A DNA stretch of 64,000 bases. Source: Alphaproteobacteria bacterium (GTDB lineage: Bacteria; Pseudomonadota; Alphaproteobacteria; Rs-D84). The stretch is from NCBI GenBank assembly GCA_015062525.1, contig SUUM01000003.1:24012-88011 (forward strand), written 5' to 3'. This document shows, one piece after another, positions 49,344 through 59,866 of this stretch. Both the position numbers and the translations under genes were made by a program. The first letter of the stretch is position 1. Each line of letters begins with the position of its first letter. Under the pieces are notes generated by a model. That model was given only the letters and a program-made list of their open reading frames with translations, had not been told where the DNA came from and did not search any database.

Positions 49344-49661
49344 ATGAAATCTGGTGGTTGGGTATATATTTTATCGAATAAAAAAATGGGGACTTTGTAT
49401 GTTGGCTCTACAACTGATTTGATTGGGCGCACGTGGCAGCACAAGCATCATGAAATACCTGGTTTTACATCAAGATATAATGTTGATAAATTGGTTTATT
49501 ATGAATGGCATGACAGTCTAAGAAATATGGTCACACGTGAGCGTCAAATCAAAGAATGGCACCGTTCATGGAAATTAAGATTGATAATAAACTTTAATCC
49601 AGATTGGTGTGATTTGTATAATGATTTATTAATTCAATCTGGTTACAGCCCAGAATATTAA
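49344..49661 (+). CDS. GIY-YIG nuclease-family small protein (105 aa)
   Basis: WVYILSNKKMGTLYVGSTTDLIGRTWQHK matches the GIY-YIG core. Flanked by 25-bp inverted repeats. Confidence 0.8.
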   Translation: MKSGGWVYILSNKKMGTLYVGSTTDLIGRTWQHKHHEIPGFTSRYNVDKLVYYEWHDSLRNMVTRERQIKEWHRSWKLRLIINFNPDWCDLYNDLLIQSGYSPEY

Positions 49662-50034
49662 AAAAAGTTGAATACAGTGGACCCCGACCTGCGTCGGGGT
49701 GACGATAACTTTTTATATGAACAATAGTATAATATTACAAGACCTTGTCATACCAGCATCGGGTCCGGCAAAAATTGAAAATTTTTGTGGATGATACGGG
49801 CGATTAATATTAAAGATTGCAGTTTTGTGGATTTGGTAAATAAAAGTAAAAAAGAAGTCGTCACCCCGACTTCGGGTCCCGCAAAAATTGAAAATTTTTG
49901 TGGGTGATACTAGGTCGGGGTCCATTGTGTTCTGGTTAATTTGTTAAAAATTTCCCGGCTTTTTTGATAAAAATGTTCAAAAAAGCCGGGAAATTATTTT
50001 TGCCACCACTAACCACTTGCACTAACACTAATCA

Positions 50035-51654
50035 CTAAATAGAAATCAATACTTCTAATTTCTCATTAAATTTTTCAATTTCCGAATCTATGCGCTTGAT
50101 TTCATCGCGTGCCGTATCATCCCCCGCCAACAGTTGCGTGGTTAATTCGCGTTTTTGTGCATTCAGTTTTTCCAGATACCTTTGCAACTTTAATGATACA
50201 AGGTATTTTTCCGCCCCATTTATATCCATATTTAATTCGGGCGCCGTCCCATCAAAATCCACCCCCAGTGTCCCCAAAAATTCCAAATACCGTTCCGCCA
50301 GTTCCGGATATTTGTTCACAATATAAACCAGCGTATTTTTAGTAATCACATCAATATCAGGCAATTTTATGTTGACTGTTTTTGGCGCACGTCTCCAACT
50401 GTGCCAATTTTGGAATTTGCGTTTTTCATATTCTTGCTTGTATTGCTTGCGCAGTTCTGGGTCGGCTATTTTTTCAATTTGAGCGTCCAAAAATTTTTCC
50501 GCCTGGGTCCGTCCACCCGGTGTGGACACAACATAGTTTTTGTTTGTTAATTCCCACAGAAAATCAGTCAGATTCATCGCGTCATCAATGATTTTCCGCA
50601 TGGCATCCGCGCCGGATGTTTTCAGAATTTCATCCGGGTCCTTGCCCCCACTAACAAACGCAAATTTAACATCCGATGTATCACGAATAAACGGCATAAC
50701 TATGTTGCAGGCACGCGCGGCGGCCTTTTGCCCGGCCGCGTCCCCGTCAAAACAGAATGTTATATTTCGATTTGATTTACACAGCAACGCGATATGATCT
50801 TCGGTCAATGCGGTCCCCAGTGGCGCGACGGTTTCGCCGAATCCATTTACCTGCATTTTAATTGCGTCAATTTGTCCTTCGACAACGATGCTGCGATTTG
50901 CGCGATGAATTGCTTCGCGTGCAAAGTTAAAACCAAACACAGTCTGACGTTTATGGAATATATCAGTATCAGTTGTGTTTATATACTTTGGTTCAGACCC
51001 ATCCAGCGAACGCCCTGAAAACGCAACAACCTTGCCGTGTGCATTGAAAATTGGGAACATTAATTTATCACGGAAAAAATCATACATCCCATAATCGCCA
51101 CGCCGACACAGACCAGATGGTATCAAAAATTTAGATTCTGCAAATTTGTTCGCGATGATATTATTTTTTGGCGCATACCCGATACGATATTTTTTTATTT
51201 CTTCATCTGAAAAACCGCGTCTACGCACATATTCCAGCGCATGCGCCGCGTCGGGTGTGAATAATTTTTCGGCATATGTTTGCGCCGCGCGTTCACAAAT
51301 ATCAAATAACGCGTCTTCGCGTTTGACAACATTCGGGTCGCGTGGTTTATAGTCTGGCATTTTCAGACCCGCCATATTGGCCAGTTCCGCAATCGCCGAT
51401 TTGAAATCCATATTATTATGCTTCATGGTGAACGATATGATATCGCCATGCTCACCGCACCCAAAGCAGTGATAAAATCCCTTTTCTTCGTTCACGGAAA
51501 AACTGGGGGTTTTTTCATTATGAAACGGACAGCACCCCCAGTAATTTTGTCCCTTTTTATTCAATGGCACGACGCGTCCCACAACATCCACCACCGACAA
51601 CCGCGCCCGCAGTTCATCTGTGAAATTGGAATAGTTGTGTCGTCCTGGCGCCAT
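50035..51654 (-). CDS. dnaG: DNA primase
   Basis: Zinc-binding CCPFHNEKTPSFSVNEEKGFYHCFGCGEHGD, a Toprim domain, and a C-terminal helicase-interaction region. 539 aa. Confidence 0.95.
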   Translation of the reverse strand: MAPGRHNYSNFTDELRARLSVVDVVGRVVPLNKKGQNYWGCCPFHNEKTPSFSVNEEKGFYHCFGCGEHGDIISFTMKHNNMDFKSAIAELANMAGLKMPDYKPRDPNVVKREDALFDICERAAQTYAEKLFTPDAAHALEYVRRRGFSDEEIKKYRIGYAPKNNIIANKFAESKFLIPSGLCRRGDYGMYDFFRDKLMFPIFNAHGKVVAFSGRSLDGSEPKYINTTDTDIFHKRQTVFGFNFAREAIHRANRSIVVEGQIDAIKMQVNGFGETVAPLGTALTEDHIALLCKSNRNITFCFDGDAAGQKAAARACNIVMPFIRDTSDVKFAFVSGGKDPDEILKTSGADAMRKIIDDAMNLTDFLWELTNKNYVVSTPGGRTQAEKFLDAQIEKIADPELRKQYKQEYEKRKFQNWHSWRRAPKTVNIKLPDIDVITKNTLVYIVNKYPELAERYLEFLGTLGVDFDGTAPELNMDINGAEKYLVSLKLQRYLEKLNAQKRELTTQLLAGDDTARDEIKRIDSEIEKFNEKLEVLISI

Positions 51655-51656
51655 TA

Positions 51657-53897
51657 TTACTTCTTTGCCTTGTTATTAATAAGTTTAATTGCGGTTTCTA
51701 AATCAGGCTGTTCTTTGACCGAAACATTTACCCGATTAGATGATATATACGCACCGTACCGCCCAGTCGGGTAAAAGTAAATAATTTTCTTGGTTGTGGG
51801 ATTTTCACCAATTTTAATTGGTTCGGCCTTTTTATTTGCGTTCGCCAATAATTCGCGCGCGATTTCCAATGTGATGGTTTCACGGTTATATTGTTTGGCG
51901 GCAACATTTTTCGCGCCATCCGTTACATATGGACCAAATTTTCCAACACGAAATTCAATCCCATCGCCCAGTTCAACCGCATCGTTCTTAGACGTCTGTA
52001 CGGCGGATTCTGTGGTCTGCGCCGAATTGTCATTTTTATTTAATTGTTTTGTATATTTGCAATCTGGGTATTTTGCGCAACCTATAAATGGTCCGAACTT
52101 AGACAATTTTATCCCCAACTTTGCACCACATTCGGGACATGTATCGCCCGCGTCCCCAAACAAATGATGGTGCATAAATTCGTTTATTTCATCAATAATT
52201 TCCGATGTCTTAATCCCGCGTGCGCCATCAATCATCGCGTCCGTTGGCCCCCAGAAGTTTTTGAGTGCCGTAATCTTATCCTGTTTTCCATTTGAAACAT
52301 CGTCCAACGTATCTTCTGTTTTAGCGGTAAAGTTCACATCAACTAAATCCGTAAAGTACTTGTTCAAATAAGATGCGATTACCCACCCACCGGACGTTGG
52401 ATGAAAACGACGTTGTTTGTCCTGTTCAACATATGCGCGGTCAACAATTGTTGACATAATTGTTGCATATGTAGATGGTCGCCCGATACCCAATTCTTCT
52501 AATTTTTTAACCAGCGACGCTTCGGTATATCTTGGTGGTGCCTGGGTAAAGTGCTGTTCCGGAATAATTTCAGAAATTGCAATCTTGTCCCCAACATTCA
52601 TTGGTGGTAATTTTGCATCCTTTTTATCTTCGTCATCATCCTTGTCTTCGGTATAGACCTTCATAAAACCGTCAAATGTGCGCGTTGTGCCGACCGCATG
52701 GAAAACGGCCACCTGATTATCTGTTTCAATGTCAGCGGCAACTGAATCAAATTCAGCGTTTGTCATCTGACACGCAATTGTACGCTTCCATATCAGGTCG
52801 TATAATTTTGCCTCGTCCCCCGATAAATTCTTTGCCGGCGCGTCAAAGTGTGTTGGACGAATTGCTTCGTGTGCTTCCTGGGCATTTTTGGATTTAGTCG
52901 CATAAACAATTGGCGCACTTGGCACAAATTTTTCACCATATTCGCGTGCGATAAAACCGCGTATTTCGGCAACCGCATCCGCGTTCAGGTTTGTTGCGTC
53001 CGTACGCATATATGTGATTAACCCTTGTTCGTAAAGGTGCTGGGCGGCACTCATTGTGCGTTTTGAAGCAAAGTATAATTTACGCGCCGCTTCCTGTTGC
53101 AGGGTAGATGTTGTAAATGGTGCCGCTGGTTTTCGCTGTGTTTTCTTGCGTTCAATATTTATAACAGACGCACCAATCTCAGGTGTTCCAATTTTGTTTA
53201 AAATATCATCAACCATAGATTTATTTTCAACGGTCATTTTTTCAATTTTCTGCCCGTTGAATTTTACTAATCCTGCATTGAATATTTGCTCTTTGTCTTT
53301 CTTGCATTGCGCATTGACACCCCAATACTCAACCGGCTTAAACGCCTCAATCTCTTTTTCGCGGTCAACAACCAATTTTACCGCCACCGATTGCACACGC
53401 CCCGCCGATTTCCCCAGGTTTCTGCGCCACAGCAACGGTGAAATTCCAAACCCAATCAGATAATCCAACGCGCGTCGCACCAAATATGCATCAACCAAAT
53501 TAGTATCAATTTCGCGTGGATTTTCAATTGCACTTTGCACGGCCTTTTTAGTAATTTCGTGGAAAGCCACACGATAAACTTTTTTATCTTTTAATAATTT
53601 TTTTGCCTTTAAAATATCCAGCAAATGCCATGCGATTGCTTCACCTTCGCGGTCAGGGTCGCTTGCCAGATAAACCGCATCTGCTTTTTTTAATTCATCA
53701 GTAATCAGTTTAATTTGTTTTTCTTTGCCCGGCATAATTTGCCATTTCATTTTGAAATTATTTTCTGTATCCACGCTGCCGTTTTCAGGCACCAAATCGC
53801 GCACATGTCCAACAGACGCGATAACGCGCCAACCTGCCCCAAGATATTTTTCAATTGTCTTTGCCTTGGACGGTGATTCCACAATTAATAAATTCAT
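51657..53897 (-). CDS. topA: DNA topoisomerase I
   Basis: Toprim N-terminus MNLLIVESPSKAKTIEKYLG (the ORF-track start is further upstream). Active-site region (…YATIMSTI…) and a C-terminal Zn-ribbon CPECGAKL…CAKYPDC. Confidence 0.9.
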   Translation of the reverse strand: MNLLIVESPSKAKTIEKYLGAGWRVIASVGHVRDLVPENGSVDTENNFKMKWQIMPGKEKQIKLITDELKKADAVYLASDPDREGEAIAWHLLDILKAKKLLKDKKVYRVAFHEITKKAVQSAIENPREIDTNLVDAYLVRRALDYLIGFGISPLLWRRNLGKSAGRVQSVAVKLVVDREKEIEAFKPVEYWGVNAQCKKDKEQIFNAGLVKFNGQKIEKMTVENKSMVDDILNKIGTPEIGASVINIERKKTQRKPAAPFTTSTLQQEAARKLYFASKRTMSAAQHLYEQGLITYMRTDATNLNADAVAEIRGFIAREYGEKFVPSAPIVYATKSKNAQEAHEAIRPTHFDAPAKNLSGDEAKLYDLIWKRTIACQMTNAEFDSVAADIETDNQVAVFHAVGTTRTFDGFMKVYTEDKDDDEDKKDAKLPPMNVGDKIAISEIIPEQHFTQAPPRYTEASLVKKLEELGIGRPSTYATIMSTIVDRAYVEQDKQRRFHPTSGGWVIASYLNKYFTDLVDVNFTAKTEDTLDDVSNGKQDKITALKNFWGPTDAMIDGARGIKTSEIIDEINEFMHHHLFGDAGDTCPECGAKLGIKLSKFGPFIGCAKYPDCKYTKQLNKNDNSAQTTESAVQTSKNDAVELGDGIEFRVGKFGPYVTDGAKNVAAKQYNRETITLEIARELLANANKKAEPIKIGENPTTKKIIYFYPTGRYGAYISSNRVNVSVKEQPDLETAIKLINNKAKK

Positions 53898-53901
53898 ACC
53901 T

Positions 53902-55047
53902 TTAACTCCCCTTTGCAGATAATTGTTGGTCTTTGTGAATGTGGGCATTTTGGCACAGTCCAAACCCAAACATCAGTGATAACAGACTGCTGCCGCCGAA
54001 CGACATTAACGGCAATGGCACCCCGACGGTTGGCAACAATCCCAAAACCATAGAAATATTTATAAAATAATAAACAAAAAAGTTCAACATAAATCCAAAG
54101 CACACCAATTGCCCAAATCTGTTCCTGCATGTTTTTGCCATCCAGAACAACGCAACCACAATCCATGTGTAAATCATCAACAGGGAAAATGCACCGATAA
54201 ATCCGAATTCTTCGCCCAGCATTGTGAATATAAAGTCCGTCTGCTTTTCAGGCAAAAAAGATTGTTGTGATTGTGTACCGGCCATGTATCCTTTGCCGGT
54301 CATGCCACCGCTGCCGAATGCGATTTTTGCCTGATGAATTTGATAGCCTGCGCCCTGCAAATCACTGTCTGGATTAAACAGTGTTATAATGCGCCCCCTT
54401 TGATAGTCGTGCAACCCACCATACCAAATTGCCGGTGCCGCCATCAACCCCAGTATTGCCGCAATAATAAACCACTTTTTGTTTGCGCCAACAATATAGA
54501 ACACACCAACCGTAATCATCCCCAGCGACAGCGCGGTCCCCAAATCAGGTTGCGCCACAATCAATCCAAAAGGCACCAACAACATAAGCATTGGCGCGAT
54601 ATAGTTCTTAAATTGCCCCAGTTCCACCGAATTAAACCATGCAAAATATCGCGCCAACGCCAGCACCAGCGCAATTTTAATCAATTCAGACGGTTGAATA
54701 TGAATAATCCCCAGGTTTAACCACCTTTGTGCCCCCATACCCGTATGCCCAACAAATGTCACCAGCACAATCATAATTAATGCTATGGCATAGATAATAT
54801 AAGCAGACTTTACCCACGTTTTAATATTTATAAACGCTGCGAAAAAGAACACCCCAAACCCCAGCAAAATTTTCATCAATTGCGACAACGCGAATGGTTT
54901 CCAGTTTCCCCCACCCGCCGAAAACAGCACCACAATAGAAATCGCCAACACCATACACATTGGCACAAACAACCCCCAGGAAAATCGATTTAACTTTTCC
55001 GGCAAAGTCATCATATTTGCATTTGAAACGCGTGTTTGTCGTGCCAT
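53902..55047 (-). CDS. rodA: Peptidoglycan glycosyltransferase RodA (SEDS family)
   Basis: 10-TM SEDS protein. Operon position downstream of mrdA. Confidence 0.85.
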   Translation of the reverse strand: MARQTRVSNANMMTLPEKLNRFSWGLFVPMCMVLAISIVVLFSAGGGNWKPFALSQLMKILLGFGVFFFAAFINIKTWVKSAYIIYAIALIMIVLVTFVGHTGMGAQRWLNLGIIHIQPSELIKIALVLALARYFAWFNSVELGQFKNYIAPMLMLLVPFGLIVAQPDLGTALSLGMITVGVFYIVGANKKWFIIAAILGLMAAPAIWYGGLHDYQRGRIITLFNPDSDLQGAGYQIHQAKIAFGSGGMTGKGYMAGTQSQQSFLPEKQTDFIFTMLGEEFGFIGAFSLLMIYTWIVVALFWMAKTCRNRFGQLVCFGFMLNFFVYYFINISMVLGLLPTVGVPLPLMSFGGSSLLSLMFGFGLCQNAHIHKDQQLSAKGS

Positions 55048-55051
55048 GATT

Positions 55052-56827
55052 TTATTTTAATCCCTTTAATAATTCCTTCATAACGGCGGAAACAGTGCGT
55101 GCAGCGGGACCACTGCCACCGGAATGTTCTGTGATTGCGCACACTGCAAAACGTGGATTATCGGTTGGCGCATATCCCACAAACAAACCATGATTTCGCA
55201 TTTGCCATTTTAATTGTTCGTTGGTAAGTACCCCGCTTTGACGTTCTTTTTTTGAAATGCTGCGCACCTGGGATGTACCTGTTTTCCCGCCCATTCGCAT
55301 ACCATTAACATTAATCGCGCTGCCAACCGCGGTACCACCTTTTTTCAGCACCATTTCCAGTCCATTTAATACATGCCTAATATTCCTAGGTTGTAAATTC
55401 ATACTTTCAAATTGTGGTTTAGTATTATCAAAAATCAATCTTGGTACCACACGTTTATTGGACGACGCGCGTGCCATCATTACCGCCAACTGCAAACAGT
55501 TTGTCAAAATAAATCCCTGCCCAATACCGGAAATAACAGTATCCCCATGTACCCAACGCGCACCGATTTGTTTTTCCTTCCAGTATCTGTCCGGCATAAC
55601 ACCCGGCATTTCACGGGACAAAATATCATCCATAAATTTTTCAGTCAATCCCAAACGAATTGCCATATCTTTGATTGCATCAATCCCGATACGCAATGCA
55701 ATCTGATAGAAATAAATATCGCACGAATGTTGCAGGGCCCCCGCCAAATCAACGTGTCCATGACCCTTGTCTTCCCAACAATGATATCTGCGGTCGCCAT
55801 AGTCCCAATACCCCGGACAGAAAATTTTTTCACGTTCGTTAATTGCGCCTGATTCCAACGCCGCCAACGCCACGACAATCTTGAACGTAGAACCCGGTGG
55901 GTACAGCCCCTCAATTGCCTTGTTCATAAATGGCTTTGCCACATCCTCACGCAACGTTTGAATATATTCATCCCCGTCATCTTCACGGAACATATTTGCA
56001 TCAAAACTGGGGGTTGATACCATTGCCAAAATGTCGCCTGTTTCGATATCCAGCGCAACACCACAACCCGACCGATGTTGCATCAGTGCATCATACATCA
56101 CGCGTTGTGCATTTTCGTTAATAGTTGTTTTAACGTTTTCGCCAATTATTGGGGCGATATATTGTGTTTTATCTTCGCCTGTGATACGACCAACCGCATT
56201 TGAAATCATCACGGTCTGCCCGGCACTGCCCTTCATTTCATCATCAAATCTTTTTTCCAGTCCCGTAATCCCAGTTGTTAAAAAAGGTGCATTTGGAACC
56301 GGGGTTTTTGGTTCGCCAACATAACCAAAAATCTGTGCGCCGGCGGGCCCCATTTCATATATTCGCGCATAACCACTTTCCACATGCAGTCCCGGTAAAT
56401 TTTTAGCCTGTAATTTTGCCAACACATTCCAGTCTGTATTTTCGCTGACCAGCACGGGTTGAAACTTTAATTGTTTTTTTATTTTGGCGCGAATTTTTTC
56501 AACGCGCCGCGCCCGCAAATTCAAATCATGTGCAACGGTATCGACCAAAGCATCTATGTCGTGCGCTTCTTCGGGAACGATATAGATTCTGTAAATCGGT
56601 GCGTCGCGTGAAATAGGCGCGCCATTGCGCGATAAAATTTTTCCACGTTCTGGCATATCAATCTGGATACGGAACGAATTGCTTTCGCTTTTCTTTTTGT
56701 AATCGCGATATGAAAACAATTGCATCTGCAACATGCGCAACACCAACGCAGATGTCATCACCGCCCCGGCGGTTAAAAATAATGCGCTGCGTCTGTCAAA
56801 GGTTCGTGCCACTTCTTTATCTATCAT
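55052..56827 (-). CDS. mrdA: Penicillin-binding protein 2 (elongasome transpeptidase)
   Basis: N-terminal anchor, dimerisation domain, and transpeptidase motifs STFK (…PPGSTFKIV…), SCD (QHSCDIYF) and KTG (GGKTGTSQ). Confidence 0.9.
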   Translation of the reverse strand: MIDKEVARTFDRRSALFLTAGAVMTSALVLRMLQMQLFSYRDYKKKSESNSFRIQIDMPERGKILSRNGAPISRDAPIYRIYIVPEEAHDIDALVDTVAHDLNLRARRVEKIRAKIKKQLKFQPVLVSENTDWNVLAKLQAKNLPGLHVESGYARIYEMGPAGAQIFGYVGEPKTPVPNAPFLTTGITGLEKRFDDEMKGSAGQTVMISNAVGRITGEDKTQYIAPIIGENVKTTINENAQRVMYDALMQHRSGCGVALDIETGDILAMVSTPSFDANMFREDDGDEYIQTLREDVAKPFMNKAIEGLYPPGSTFKIVVALAALESGAINEREKIFCPGYWDYGDRRYHCWEDKGHGHVDLAGALQHSCDIYFYQIALRIGIDAIKDMAIRLGLTEKFMDDILSREMPGVMPDRYWKEKQIGARWVHGDTVISGIGQGFILTNCLQLAVMMARASSNKRVVPRLIFDNTKPQFESMNLQPRNIRHVLNGLEMVLKKGGTAVGSAINVNGMRMGGKTGTSQVRSISKKERQSGVLTNEQLKWQMRNHGLFVGYAPTDNPRFAVCAITEHSGGSGPAARTVSAVMKELLKGLK

Positions 56828-57275
56828 CGCCGACCCTTTGTATCAGTTTTGCAACCGGAATATAAACAATACCCGCCAATGCGAAAATCCATACACCGCG
56901 CAATAAATTCATAAAATTAAAGTTCGCAACCGCCTGAATAAACAGCGCGACCCCAAAGAACACCATAAACGCAAACAGCCCATAATTATCCATACGTGGA
57001 ATATCGATATATGTCTGAAAACTGTTGATTGAAAAGAACAGACAATACATCGCCAACCAAAAACAAACGGTTTCCATGTTATAATCCAAACATACGCACA
57101 TTAACATTGAAAATAACACAAACCAATTTGTTGGCCTAACAAAAGAACAGATAAATATCGGTACAATCGCCAACACCCCCGCCGGATTCCATGTGGGACT
57201 GGCCAGCCGCCACAATCCGATTGTTAATAAAAACGGAAATGCGACGCGTAAAAAATGAATTATGCTTTCTTTCAT
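56817..57275 (-). CDS. mreD: Rod shape-determining protein MreD
   Basis: 152-aa polytopic membrane protein between mreC and mrdA. 11-nt overlap with mrdA. Confidence 0.6.
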   Translation of the reverse strand: MKESIIHFLRVAFPFLLTIGLWRLASPTWNPAGVLAIVPIFICSFVRPTNWFVLFSMLMCVCLDYNMETVCFWLAMYCLFFSINSFQTYIDIPRMDNYGLFAFMVFFGVALFIQAVANFNFMNLLRGVWIFALAGIVYIPVAKLIQRVGDDR

Positions 57276-58096
57276 CTGTATTCGTTTTCTGGTGTGTCAA
57301 ATTTCAGTACCATAACACGTGAAAATTCATCGGGGTCTGCGACGGCAACATCTGTTGCATCAATCATTTCCCCAACAATCAGTCCCGCCGGCAACACGCC
57401 CGAAATATTACTGCTGACCAGTTTAATACCCCGCGCCGGTTGAAATTCAGGATTACTAAAAAATCCCATTGTTGGTTTTTTTGAACCGTTGCCACTCATA
57501 AACCCATAAACCTCGGACCCGACGACGCGCACGGCAATATTTGTATCCGTGTCCGTCAATGCACGCACACGTGAAAAGTTATTTGCGCTGTCAACAATAA
57601 CCCCGGCCAGGCGCATATCAGTTGTTGCAACCACCATACCCGTTTCCACCCCATCACGTGCGCCACGATTAATAATATAAGTATTATGCCCCATTGCGCG
57701 GTTATCATGAATAACATCGGCAATCACGGCATCACGTGGTTGTGTTTTGACCAATCCCAATTCATTGCTTAACTTTTGATTTTCTTTGATTGCGACATCA
57801 CAAATATTTTTATCAATCAATGCCGCGTCCAGTCGTGCGCGCAGTTCGCGATTTTCTTCACGCAGGCTAGATAATTCTGCGATACCACCAATTGTGTCGC
57901 CAACAACCCGAAATGGCCATGTAATAACGTCGCCAATACCGCGTGCCACCGGCACCACCACATGCCCCAACGCATTCATTATTGCGTAATCAGGCTTTGC
58001 AATCATTATATATATAAACAGCACCGGCAACACCGCCGCCGTCAAGACCGCACGAATAATCGGATATATTTTGGAAGATATCTTGTTTTGCTTCAT
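57272..58096 (-). CDS. mreC: Rod shape-determining protein MreC
   Basis: N-terminal TM, a coiled-coil, then beta-rich domains (…RLAGVIVDSANNFSRVRALTD…). 4-nt overlap with mreD. Confidence 0.8.
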   Translation of the reverse strand: MKQNKISSKIYPIIRAVLTAAVLPVLFIYIMIAKPDYAIMNALGHVVVPVARGIGDVITWPFRVVGDTIGGIAELSSLREENRELRARLDAALIDKNICDVAIKENQKLSNELGLVKTQPRDAVIADVIHDNRAMGHNTYIINRGARDGVETGMVVATTDMRLAGVIVDSANNFSRVRALTDTDTNIAVRVVGSEVYGFMSGNGSKKPTMGFFSNPEFQPARGIKLVSSNISGVLPAGLIVGEMIDATDVAVADPDEFSRVMVLKFDTPENEYR

Positions 58097-58236
58097 CGGG
58101 CCTACTTTAATCCTAAAAAGTCAGATATTCAATAAAAACTTGATTTTTGAAATAAATCTGCCAAAATACCAATCAGTCAAAGTGGCAGGCATTGCCACCA
58201 GACGATAAAAACTATCTAAAAATAAAAGGATATAAA

Positions 58237-58440
58237 ATGCCAAAATTAAAGACCAAGTCGTACTTGAAAAAACGTGCGTCTATGACCGCGACCGGCAAAA
58301 TCCGTGTTGCACGCAACTCTCATAAAAAACTGTTGCGCAAGAAATCTGCCCGTGCAAACAAGGCAGGTGCAAAACCACAGTATTTGAATGAAAACATGGT
58401 GGGTCAGGCAAAAATCTTGGCACCATACGGTTTGAAATAA
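58237..58440 (+). CDS. rpmI: 50S ribosomal protein bL35
   Basis: MPKLKTKSYLKKRASMTATGKIRVARNSHKKLLRKK… 67 aa. RBS AAAAGGA. The ORF-track start at 58192 is an upstream extension. Confidence 0.9.
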   Translation: MPKLKTKSYLKKRASMTATGKIRVARNSHKKLLRKKSARANKAGAKPQYLNENMVGQAKILAPYGLK

Positions 58441-58454
58441 GGGGGTAACAGGTC

Positions 58455-58823
58455 ATGGCAAGAGTAAAACGCGGTACAACCGTTAAACAAAAGCACAATA
58501 AAATCTTAGCACGTGCCAAGGGTTACCTGGGCCGTCATCATTCAACATATCGCGCTGCCCGTGAAAAAACGGAAAAGGCGGGTCAGTATGCATATCGCGA
58601 CCGTCGCGTTAAAAAACGTGAATTCCGCGGTTTGTGGATTGTCCGTATCAATGCAGCAGTGCGTGCAAATGGTATGACTTACAGCCAGTTTATGAACGGC
58701 TTGAAAAAGGCCGGCGTCGCCCTGGACCGCAAGGTTTTGGCCGAAATGGCATATGCAGGTGATGCAAACTTCGTCAAATTGGTTGACACAGCGAAACGAT
58801 TTAACAACGCCGAATCTAAATAA
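58455..58823 (+). CDS. rplT: 50S ribosomal protein bL20
   Basis: [24 protein letters not shown]… 122 aa. Terminator hairpin at 58859-58884. Confidence 0.95.
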   Translation: MARVKRGTTVKQKHNKILARAKGYLGRHHSTYRAAREKTEKAGQYAYRDRRVKKREFRGLWIVRINAAVRANGMTYSQFMNGLKKAGVALDRKVLAEMAYAGDANFVKLVDTAKRFNNAESK

Positions 58824-58904
58824 TACCTTGTCGGCGGGGTATCTGTTTTGTAATAATAAAAGCCGTCGTATGACGGCTTTTTTAAGTTTATAAGGTAAGA
58901 AAAA

Positions 58905-59852
58905 ATGCACGAACAAATAAAGAATATTAACACATTAGAAGAATTACAGGCGTTATATACCGCAACATACGGTAAAAATGGCACAATGACTGCGCGCCTG
59001 CGTGACATGAAAAATCTGGACAATGATGCCCGTGCGGCATTGAATACAGAAAATGCGACCCTGCGTGAATTATTCAAAACGCGCCAGGCGGAAATTGAAA
59101 ACGCGGTTTTGATGGCGGGTTTGCAGAAACAAAAATTGGACATGTCGTTAAATCCAGAACCAGAAAATCGTGGCACATTACACCCATTGACACAAAGTCT
59201 GTCGGAAATATCGGCGATACTGGAATCGTTTGGCTATACAATGCACACCGGTCCCGAAATCGAAGATGATTGGCATAACTTTACAGCGTTAAACACGCCA
59301 TTACATCACCCGGCGCGTGATATGCAGGATTCATTCTTTTTGGAAAATGGCAATGTGCTGCGCACACAAACGTCCGCCATTCAAATTCGTGCGATGGAAT
59401 CGGAATCTGTTCCTATTAAAATGTTCGGCATTGGTTCTACATACCGCAAAGAAATGGATGCAACGCACAGTCCAATGTTCCATCAAATCGAAGGGCTGTA
59501 TATCGATAAAAACATTACAATGTCAGATTTAATCGCGGACGTTCGTGCATTTTTGTCGCGTTATTTTGGCATTGATAATATAGAGTTGCGTATTCGCCCA
59601 TCATACTTTCCATTTACCGACCCATCGATTGAAATTGACCTGAAATGGCAGGGTGGCAAGTGGCTTGAAATCATGGGTGCGGGTATGGTTCATCCAAACG
59701 TATTGCGCAATTGTGGTGTGAACCCAGACGAATACCAGGGTTTTGCCTTTGGTTTTGGTTGGGACAGATTGGCGATGTTAAAATATGGTCTGAACGATAT
59801 TCGTCAGTTTTATGACAGCGATGTGCGCTGGTTGAACAAGGCAGGATTCTAA
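58905..59852 (+). CDS. pheS: Phenylalanine--tRNA ligase alpha subunit
   Basis: Class II motifs (…FRPSYFPFTDPSIEID…, GFAFGFGWDRLAML). 315 aa. Confidence 0.9.
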   Translation: MHEQIKNINTLEELQALYTATYGKNGTMTARLRDMKNLDNDARAALNTENATLRELFKTRQAEIENAVLMAGLQKQKLDMSLNPEPENRGTLHPLTQSLSEISAILESFGYTMHTGPEIEDDWHNFTALNTPLHHPARDMQDSFFLENGNVLRTQTSAIQIRAMESESVPIKMFGIGSTYRKEMDATHSPMFHQIEGLYIDKNITMSDLIADVRAFLSRYFGIDNIELRIRPSYFPFTDPSIEIDLKWQGGKWLEIMGAGMVHPNVLRNCGVNPDEYQGFAFGFGWDRLAMLKYGLNDIRQFYDSDVRWLNKAGF

Positions 59853-59866
59853 TACGGGGGCAAAAA

